The notes below the pieces were generated by a model. The model searched no databases, was not told the origin of the DNA, and saw only the letters and a list, made by a program, of their open reading frames with translations. From the sequence record MG592456.1: a DNA stretch of 64,000 nucleotides, one strand, 5' to 3'. The first letter of the stretch is position 1. Each line of letters begins with the position of its first letter. Of this stretch, positions 26,085-32,635 are shown one piece after another. Made by a program: the position numbers and the translations under genes.

Positions 26085-26161
26085 TGGTGCGCATGGAGAG
26101 ACTCGAACTCTCAACTTCTGGTTTCTAAAACCAGTGACTCTGCCAATTGGCCTACACGCGC
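26085..26161 (-). tRNA. trnL: tRNA-Leu(TAG), short variable loop
   Basis: CTGGT-TTTAGAA-ACCAG, A73, CCA. Confidence 0.9.
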
Positions 26162-26423
26162 TTTGTTCTTTGTGTTAGTTTCGAACGTTTCATCGTTCTT
26201 AGCTATTGTACACGTTGTTTTCGTTAATGTAAACATCTTTTTTACTTTTATTTGAAGTAGTTAATGTTTTCATTTTCGAGTGTTTATATTAACACTGATT
26301 AAGAACGTATTAAACAAATCATTTAATAAACTGTTAAATTCTATCTCACGACAGTAGATAACATGATACGGTCCTAAGCGTATCAAAACTACAAGTGACA
26401 GTCAATGACTATCGCTTTAAAAT

Positions 26424-26501
26424 TGGTACACCATATAAGATTCGAACTTATAACCTTTCCCTTCGTAGGGGAGTGCTCTATTCCAGTTGAGCTAATGGTG
26501 C
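26424..26501 (-). tRNA. trnR: tRNA-Arg(ACG)
   Basis: CTCCC-CTACGAA-GGGAA, CCA. Confidence 0.93.
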
Positions 26502-26602
26502 ATTGACGACTTTACGGCACTATGAATAGTGAGTCGTCACCGTAAACTTCGGGAGAAGTTATTCTTATCTGACTCGATTAAACTAATCAAATCAACTGTA
26601 TA

Positions 26603-26680
26603 TGGTCCGGATAGAAGGATTCGAACTTTCGACTTCATCGTCCCAAACGATGCGCTCTGGCCTGACTGAGCTATACCCGG
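26603..26680 (-). tRNA. trnP: tRNA-Pro(TGG)
   Basis: CATCG-TTTGGGA-CGATG, A73, CCA. Confidence 0.95.
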
Positions 26681-27089
26681 ATTATCTTGTAACTTAGTTT
26701 ATTATACTCAACTTTCGAATACATTAAACTAAATTTTAGACATAAAAAAAGACGCTAATTAGCGTCCTAGAGTATTGGAAATATACTTTCGGACTATTTG
26801 TGGATATCCCACTTCTGTTCATTAATCGGATTCGCTAGATACACGGATTCTAGGCGCATAAACGTGCCGCGATGTCCTTTAAATGTATTTGCAATCGAAT
26901 CTTTCATGATTTCTCTCTGAACGTAATTAAAATGTTTTGTTTCTATAATAGTACTTATAACACTAAAATCGACGATTCGTGTTATTTTAGCAATAAACCG
27001 CAAATAAATTGCATTTATTTTAAAAAAATTGTGCTCCGTGTGGACTTTAACCACTCCAACCGTCGAAGCTAACGGTTATTCAAACTGAA

Positions 27090-27419
27090 CTAGCCGTATG
27101 TTCTATCAGCAATGATTAGCAAATTACCAGGCATAATACCCATAGTTGACTCTTTATATGGCTTAACTCTATCTAACCAGCGAGTTTTCGCTAATATATG
27201 ACCACCAAGAACTGACAAAATTGCATAACCACTATCAAACCCATCAGGTTGTATTCGCAATTGCTCAATCTGTTTCATCAAGTCAGTGACCCAATGTACT
27301 TGGTCTCCTTCCGTAACGACGTACACACCGGGCGGTAAGAAACGTTTAGTCTTGATACCATATTCTCTTGAAACACGAAGCAAGCTTTCATGAAGCGCTA
27401 CATTGTTAAATTCAATCAT
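27090..27419 (-). CDS. hypothetical protein
   Basis: 109-aa ORF with AGAG RBS. Confidence 0.7.
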   Translation of the reverse strand: MIEFNNVALHESLLRVSREYGIKTKRFLPPGVYVVTEGDQVHWVTDLMKQIEQLRIQPDGFDSGYAILSVLGGHILAKTRWLDRVKPYKESTMGIMPGNLLIIADRTYG

Positions 27420-27459
27420 GTAATATACTCTACCGTAAAAACATATTTATACTGATAAA

Positions 27460-27990
27460 CTATCGCAATTTGAACGCGAGATTTCGATACTGAGAGCTGC
27501 GTTTATTCTTGATTGAATGGAACTTAGCCCAGTCAATCTTAATCGGGCAATTTTTGCTGCCGATACGTGCTAAAAACACATTTTCGCGCGGATACTTTTC
27601 TTGATATTCAGAAATTCTCTTCTGCAACCCAGCCGCATACTTACCACAAGCTCTGTTATAGTCAGTCTTTGAAAACTTACCATCACGAGTTTTGTTTACG
27701 TCATAGTTAACTGACGGTCTATAAACCCGCGCTTCAGTCGATGACCAGCCCATATTGAAGCTATATTCAACTTCAGCACGAAGAACACCTGTATCTCGAT
27801 TTCGTGCTAACACGACCCATCCACGAGTTCTAGTGAAGTCTTTAAACGTATGCGTCTTGTCATAATTCTGATGACGGTTGTTATACAAGTTACGAAGAAC
27901 TGTTTTAACATCACTCGACATAGAGTCACGCTGTTCTTTAGTGAACGCAATTCCAAATCGTTGTAACTTTATCTGTAGTTTAGGTTTCAT
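27460..27990 (-). CDS. basic hypothetical protein
   Basis: GAGA RBS before MKPKLQ; the annotated upstream extension overlaps an RNA element. Confidence 0.7.
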   Translation of the reverse strand: MKPKLQIKLQRFGIAFTKEQRDSMSSDVKTVLRNLYNNRHQNYDKTHTFKDFTRTRGWVVLARNRDTGVLRAEVEYSFNMGWSSTEARVYRPSVNYDVNKTRDGKFSKTDYNRACGKYAAGLQKRISEYQEKYPRENVFLARIGSKNCPIKIDWAKFHSIKNKRSSQYRNLAFKLR

Positions 27991-28006
27991 AATAATATTC
28001 TCTTGT

Positions 28007-28242
28007 CGCCCACAAGAGGACTCGAACCTCTTTCTAACACAACACATCATCAACCCGATCAGGGTTTCGAAGTAAGAACTAATCAGCATATCAGATCATA
28101 AAGAGCATTATTTACGTCCGCAGATTCGACTCCACTCGCGATTTTTGACTCTAGGCTCGGTGATTCATCACGAAACGAGATAATTAATCAAGCTTTGTGG
28201 TAATGTCGAGCAAACACTGCGTATAGTACACCTGTTGCGGGC
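28007..28242 (-). ncRNA. ~236-nt tRNA-like RNA (acceptor stem and T arm around a large insert)
   Basis: GCCCGCA/UGUGGGC acceptor-like stem, AAGAGG-UUCGAGU-CCUCUU T arm, no encoded CCA. Confidence 0.6.
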
Positions 28243-28406
28243 ATTGTTAAGTTATCAAGTCTGTCTCGACTTGAACTTCATTATTTCATACTTGAATCTT
28301 AAATACAAGCTTTATTTTAAAAAAAATCAGGATTAATGTGAGACTTCTGCGTGTATTAAGCATCTTCCCGATGCACCTGAACACTATTTACATTCTCACT
28401 TTAAAT

Positions 28407-28482
28407 TGGTGGCCCACGATCGGATTCGAACCGATAACCCTACAGTTATGAGCTGTGCGCACTACCATTGTGCTACGGGGCC
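28407..28482 (-). tRNA. tRNA(CAT), Ile2-like acceptor (GGCCCC), bulged acceptor stem
   Basis: CACAG-CTCATAA-CTGTA, A73, CCA. Confidence 0.85.
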
Positions 28483-28488
28483 GTTATG

Positions 28489-28659
28489 TTAATCGATTGT
28501 CGGTTCAACTCGTGGCTTAGTGCCATGATAAGCGTGACCTTGGTCTTCAACGCGATATGTTGATGGGTTAAACTTGTTCGGGCGTTTTTGCACACCACGA
28601 ACGACAATCCATATAGCCGACAAAACGCTAGCTGCGATTATTAATAATCCTAAATCCAT
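28489..28659 (-). CDS. small membrane protein
   Basis: MDLGLLIIAASVLSAIWIVVR TM helix, GAGG RBS. Confidence 0.6.
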   Translation of the reverse strand: MDLGLLIIAASVLSAIWIVVRGVQKRPNKFNPSTYRVEDQGHAYHGTKPRVEPTID

Positions 28660-28671
28660 GTTCATTTCCTC

Positions 28672-29064
28672 TTATTTTCTCAACCATTCACCGAAATGAT
28701 TACCGAACATATGACATTCAAATGTAATCACATCGACTGTTTTACGTGAAGATTCTACATCATGTTTATGCAGCGTGTCAAGACGATATGCACATTTTAA
28801 AAGTTCTTTTGTTGTTCTTAAAATATCGTGATAGTCAGGTGCAATCAATTGCGGATGACTACTTAAATTTTCAAGTGCATATTCGATCTTACTGTAAGCA
28901 CCTAATGCAATGAAATTCACGATTAATCTATAGTGCATTTCTATCGCAAACCCAGAATGTTCTCGTAAATTACGTTTTACAATCTGACTTCTTGCTAGAA
29001 TCTCATCAAGTTCAGCGCAAATAGCGTTGAACTCGTGATTATACGGGTTGAAAATGTTTTCCAT
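28672..29064 (-). CDS. hypothetical protein
   Basis: 130-aa ORF with GGGGA RBS. Confidence 0.7.
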   Translation of the reverse strand: MENIFNPYNHEFNAICAELDEILARSQIVKRNLREHSGFAIEMHYRLIVNFIALGAYSKIEYALENLSSHPQLIAPDYHDILRTTKELLKCAYRLDTLHKHDVESSRKTVDVITFECHMFGNHFGEWLRK

Positions 29065-29077
29065 TTGATCCCCTATA

Positions 29078-29221
29078 TTTCATTATGGCAGATCGCACTC
29101 GTTCGAACGTCCCCAGTTAGCTCTTTCGAAGTTTCGCGAATTTCGAGCGTGAGCGGCGTGGAGTTGCTTCTGTGCTTATTCATGACTTATCACCACGAAC
29201 AAATGCGTTCCCATAATGAAA
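29078..29221 (-). ncRNA. unidentified structured RNA
   Basis: 11-bp UUUCAUUAUGG/CCAUAAUGAAA helix plus a 12-bp inner helix containing G:U pairs. Confidence 0.55.
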
Positions 29222-29230
29222 CATTAAAAT

Positions 29231-29354
29231 TGGTGGAGAGAGCGGGATTCGAACCACGCGACCGAAAGATTTACTTAGTTAAAAGTTTGCAGTAGGCATT
29301 CTTGTCAGAATACACATAACATTCTTTTGCTCTACCAGACTGAGCTATCTCTCC
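29231..29354 (-). ncRNA. tRNA body with CAGCAA-type insert in the anticodon arm
   Basis: GGAGAGA/UCUCUCC-A-CCA, D arm, bulged T arm; insert GUAUUCU-GACA-AGAAUGC-CUA-CUGCAAAC. Confidence 0.75.
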
Positions 29355-29402
29355 ATTTGCAGCGCTGTGTTTACTGCATGAACACAGCGCCAATACTTCT
29401 CA

Positions 29403-29533
29403 TATGCCTAACCAACTATACACAACCCAAAATCGTGCGCTGGAAGCATCGATACATCAAACATCGACACGTAAGCAGTTGGTGCGATATACGCGCACAC
29501 CCATTCTTCCAAAAGTTCTGAGGCATACAGAAC
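29403..29533 (-). ncRNA. pseudoknotted structured RNA
   Basis: the hairpin loop UAUGCCU is complementary to AGGCAUA ~110 nt downstream; ACCAACU/AGUUGGU helix. Confidence 0.55.
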
Positions 29534-29588
29534 GATATTCATGAGTGCGAGTAAAAATTCAAACATTTTCACCCCACTTAGTATTAGT

Positions 29589-29732
29589 GAGAGTGCATTG
29601 AGCGGGGTGCAGGAATCGAACCTGCGTCACGATCTTTGAAGGATATGCGTTTTGGTTGCTGAATACAAGCTTGTCAGCTTGCGTTTAGCTACGTGTGTTA
29701 TCCACTACACCAACCCCGCTCAATGCACTCTC
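29589..29732 (-). ncRNA. tRNA body with CAGCAA insert, UCA anticodon-like loop and 20-bp extended acceptor helix
   Basis: GCGGGGU/ACCCCGC, D and T arms; GCAAGCU-GACA-AGCUUGU-AUU-CAGCAACC; AUC-CUUCAAA-GAU; no CCA. Confidence 0.75.
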
Positions 29733-29733
29733 T

Positions 29734-29887
29734 AATATTTTTTATGTACGCTATTGCGCTGACCATCATGCGAATATCTAACATGACTAGCCTTTGATTA
29801 CAACCTACCCCGCTAAGAGTGATTGTCGCGCGTCAGGGCTTAACTGACATTATGTATTTCATTAGTCTAACGTACATAAAAAATATT
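29734..29887 (-). ncRNA. unidentified structured RNA closed by a perfect 17-bp helix
   Basis: AATATTTTTTATGTACG / CGTACATAAAAAATATT, with internal hairpins GUCAG/CUGAC and UCAUG/CAUGA. Confidence 0.55.
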
Positions 29888-30035
29888 GTTCATCTTCAGC
29901 GAAGAGACAGAAACGATGAACCTAGTCTGCTTAATCTGTATGAATGATATCAACTTTTCAGTAGAAGTCAAACACTTTTAAAATATTTATTCATCAAATC
30001 AAGAGTTTATTTCGTCTCTCGACTTGATGAATTAC

Positions 30036-30064
30036 ATTCTACACCCATTTTGAAGATAGTCAAC
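30036..30064 (-). promoter_or_regulatory. early/sigma70 promoter driving the RNA cluster
   Basis: GTTGAC-N17-TAGAAT; similar promoters recur at ~29950, 26700, 26200, 23300, 22460 and 21320. Confidence 0.7.
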
Positions 30065-30080
30065 AACTATCTTCAAATAA

Positions 30081-30332
30081 TTACGTTTGAATGATAATGC
30101 CGCTTTCAGTTTCACCTGCTTCTAGGCATTGATGCTTGATCTGTAGCTGCGTAACGGCAGCTTGCAATTCGTTAATTGCACGATCATACAGCTTCATGTT
30201 TCGCCCTTGCGAGGCAATTTGGTCAGCTTGCATGCCGATGATATATGTCAACAGTACAATGTTTTCATCCGTTGTAAGTTCTTCACCGGCATCATACTTG
30301 TCAACAACGGCTTTAGTAGATAGATCACTCAT
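30081..30332 (-). CDS. hypothetical coiled-coil protein
   Basis: ORF overlapping the gp57B stop. Confidence 0.65.
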   Translation of the reverse strand: MSDLSTKAVVDKYDAGEELTTDENIVLLTYIIGMQADQIASQGRNMKLYDRAINELQAAVTQLQIKHQCLEAGETESGIIIQT

Positions 30333-30780
30333 TGTTTTCAATCCAATTCAAATCTAGTGGCTCAACGTACTCATCTACTAGACGAATATCGAGATTAACA
30401 AATAGTGGAGTTATTTTGTCATCGTATGACAGCGTAACGTGCGGGGAGTAATCAGGGTAGTCATGTGTCCCACCAGCAGATATCAAGTCATCATGACGCT
30501 CTGAGAGCGCATCACAACTAAGTTTAGCAACGACAGCGTATTTGCCGTCTTGCGTCTTCCAGCAGTCCACATAATTAACCTTTGCTTGATAAGTGTTATC
30601 AGTCGCAGGTACATCTAGTTGTTTACGACTATACAATATAGTCGCGTGGAATTGCTTTGAATCTAATGGATTAGTTAGACGAAGAACTCGTTGCAGAGTG
30701 ATTAACTCTTGTTGACTCGCTTCGTCTAACTTAACACCGACATAAGTTCCCTGAGTCTCATTGTACTCAGAAAGATTCAT
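30325..30780 (-). CDS. 57B: gp57B, 2H phosphoesterase-like
   Basis: two HxT/S motifs (FHATILYS, PHVTLSY); T4 gene order. Confidence 0.9.
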   Translation of the reverse strand: MNLSEYNETQGTYVGVKLDEASQQELITLQRVLRLTNPLDSKQFHATILYSRKQLDVPATDNTYQAKVNYVDCWKTQDGKYAVVAKLSCDALSERHDDLISAGGTHDYPDYSPHVTLSYDDKITPLFVNLDIRLVDEYVEPLDLNWIENNE

Positions 30781-30789
30781 GCGTGTTCC

Positions 30790-31071
30790 TTAATCTACAA
30801 GTTCAGCTTCAGCAGCTTCAGCAGCTTCTTCAGCAGCTTCAGGGCGTTCCGCTTTGCCAGTCAAGTATGCAACTTCATCAACATAGTTCTGAAGACTAGC
30901 AGCCTTTTCTTGGTCGAAATCTAAAAGTTGTGCCAGAATGTTGACAAATTGGCCGAATGAACCGCGTTCTGCTTCAAGTGCTTCTTGTAAGTCGAATACT
31001 CGAACCTTCAAGCCCTTTGCAGTTTCAGTTAGTTGTTCGATTTGCTTTTCTGGAGTTTGTTCTTGTGACAT
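30790..31071 (-). CDS. 57A: gp57A tail fibre assembly chaperone
   Basis: acidic coiled coil LKVRVFDLQE, located between gene 1 and 57B. Confidence 0.75.
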   Translation of the reverse strand: MSQEQTPEKQIEQLTETAKGLKVRVFDLQEALEAERGSFGQFVNILAQLLDFDQEKAASLQNYVDEVAYLTGKAERPEAAEEAAEAAEAELVD

Positions 31072-31076
31072 GAGTA

Positions 31077-31721
31077 TTACCTTAAATTTAAGTTTTTAAT
31101 TTTTTCATAAAGATCGCCAATCGACCCATCATTTTGTATTTGAATTGCGCTTTCAATAAATTGCAATTCGGTATCGCTGATGTGATTCGATGCAAGTGAA
31201 CCAGCTCGATTAACTTGCAACACAGTTCCACCTAGCTCGTGAACTAATGCTAATTCATTTTCGAATCGAACGTCCGTTATTATAAATGTTAATTCGGGGT
31301 TGTTAAACATCATTTTGTTATATTTATTACGAGCATAATTGACCCAATGTTGATCATCAAGTGATCGTGCAACGTCAGTGCCTGTAAGTTGGAGTAAGTC
31401 GCGTATACTGAATAGACCTTGATGGTCTAGCAATGTGTAATATACATAGTCGTAATCTGCGGCAACGTCTGCGTATTCGCAGCACTTTAAAACTATTTCA
31501 ATAGCCTCATCCAAATTGAACGTAGGGACTTCCCTATCGAATCCATCTTGTCCGTCAACGTCTGCATATTCGTAGCCGTATTTACTAAGCTCGATCATCA
31601 GACCCTCTTTAATTGGATCTGCAAATTTATACACACACGTTTCGCCAGCCCCCATTTCTTGTATAGCACAAGCGACGGTATCTTTACCCGAACGCTTCAT
31701 GCCATTAATTCCTACTATCAT
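31077..31721 (-). CDS. 1: deoxynucleoside monophosphate kinase
   Basis: GMKRSGKDT P-loop, FADPIK, RDLLQLTGTDVAR, ITDVRFENE. Confidence 0.93.
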   Translation of the reverse strand: MIVGINGMKRSGKDTVACAIQEMGAGETCVYKFADPIKEGLMIELSKYGYEYADVDGQDGFDREVPTFNLDEAIEIVLKCCEYADVAADYDYVYYTLLDHQGLFSIRDLLQLTGTDVARSLDDQHWVNYARNKYNKMMFNNPELTFIITDVRFENELALVHELGGTVLQVNRAGSLASNHISDTELQFIESAIQIQNDGSIGDLYEKIKNLNLR

Positions 31722-31800
31722 AGCTGTACCATGTTATTGTTGTTTGTGTATGTGTAATTATACAATAAGAATCAAGCACTCTAAACAGTAGCAAGTCATG

Positions 31801-32081
31801 TCATTCTCTAATATTTCTAATTTCTCTAAGAACACTAAAATCACTAATTCTACTAAGATGAGACGGAATTTTTCCACCACAGCCAAATCCTTTCGCTTCG
31901 CTTGATTTCTTCAGACACAAGAGTAATTGATCTTCAATTCATCATTGGGTCATGTTCATTCTCTAATTTCTCTAATATTTCTAATTTCTCTAAGAACACT
32001 AAAATCACTAATTCTACTAAGATGAGACGGAATTTTTCCGCCTCGCCAAATCCTTTCGCTTCGCTTGGTTTCTTCTAGACA
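31801..32081 (+). repeat. two tandem copies of a ~110-bp non-coding repeat (third copy, inverted, at 58355-58485)
   Basis: CTAATTTCTCTAAGAACACTAAAATCACTAATTCTACTAAGATGAGACGGAATTTTTCC...CTTCGCTTG..TTCTTC at ~31801-31917 and ~31950-32081. Confidence 0.95.
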
Positions 32082-32101
32082 TAAAAAAAGCCCTTTCGGG
32101 C

Positions 32102-32635
32102 TTAATTCATTTGTGGAGTAATCACAGTAGCTACTTCATCAACTATGCTTATCATTTCAAAGTAAGAATATTCGAAATCGACATCACATGTAACTGTCTC
32201 AACGTCTCCAGCTTCGGTGTAGTTGAATTCGACTACACCGAGACTTTTAGGAAACGGGTTCATGAATCGAAATGTTGCAACAACCTTGTCTTTGTTGTTA
32301 TCGAGAACATGAAGCAGCATTGAAGCAGGTGTACAACCATCACTATTGCTAGGTCCTGTTGGGTTGTTCATTGTCATCATCCAACGATACAGTTCGGCAT
32401 ACGTTATCATGTTCTCATCAACAAGAAATTGAATTGTCAAGTCATCATAACTTGTACCTGTACCTGCAATGTTGTTGTTAGATAGTTTAGAGTACTTTGG
32501 GCCTCTTGCTATAGATGCAACTTCCATAGTAACCGAAGGTATCTGAGCAGATTGAATCTGCCATTGAAACGTGTCAGTATTCCCATTGTCTGGTATATCA
32601 AGTCGGAAGCCATTCTTCGCTAATAGATTAATCAT
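32102..32635 (-). CDS. 3: tail completion / sheath stabiliser gp3
   Basis: NLLAKNGFRL..P, GT..YDDLTIQFLVDENM..Y.ELYRWM tube-like fold; gene order. Confidence 0.85.
   Translation of the reverse strand: MINLLAKNGFRLDIPDNGNTDTFQWQIQSAQIPSVTMEVASIARGPKYSKLSNNNIAGTGTSYDDLTIQFLVDENMITYAELYRWMMTMNNPTGPSNSDGCTPASMLLHVLDNNKDKVVATFRFMNPFPKSLGVVEFNYTEAGDVETVTCDVDFEYSYFEMISIVDEVATVITPQMN

Noticed and set aside
26504-26560. Theta/HDV-like ribozyme
   Set aside because: No P1.1, P4 or J4/2 catalytic C, and it is not adjacent to a tRNA 3' end.
28007-28242. tmRNA (ssrA)
   Set aside because: No G3:U70 or ACCA end, too short, and no evident tag reading frame. Kept as an unassigned tRNA-like RNA.
29635-29641. 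Genome-wide UGA recoding
   Set aside because: TGA is used as a normal stop in well-conserved genes (gp4, gp7, gp13), and the UCA-loop RNA lacks CCA.
29231-29732. Group I or BHB introns in tRNAs
   Set aside because: The inserts are ~50 nt, lack P7/J8 cores and bulge-helix-bulge motifs, and share a motif with non-tRNA elements.
31801-32081. CRISPR mini-array
   Set aside because: The repeat is ~110 bp, far too long, with only one intervening segment and no cas genes.
10455-32090. Shared TTTTTT(A/G)TGTCT tail after several terminators as a separate element
   Set aside because: It often runs into the next late-promoter-like ATAAATA/CTAAATA, so it is most simply a terminator/promoter junction preference.
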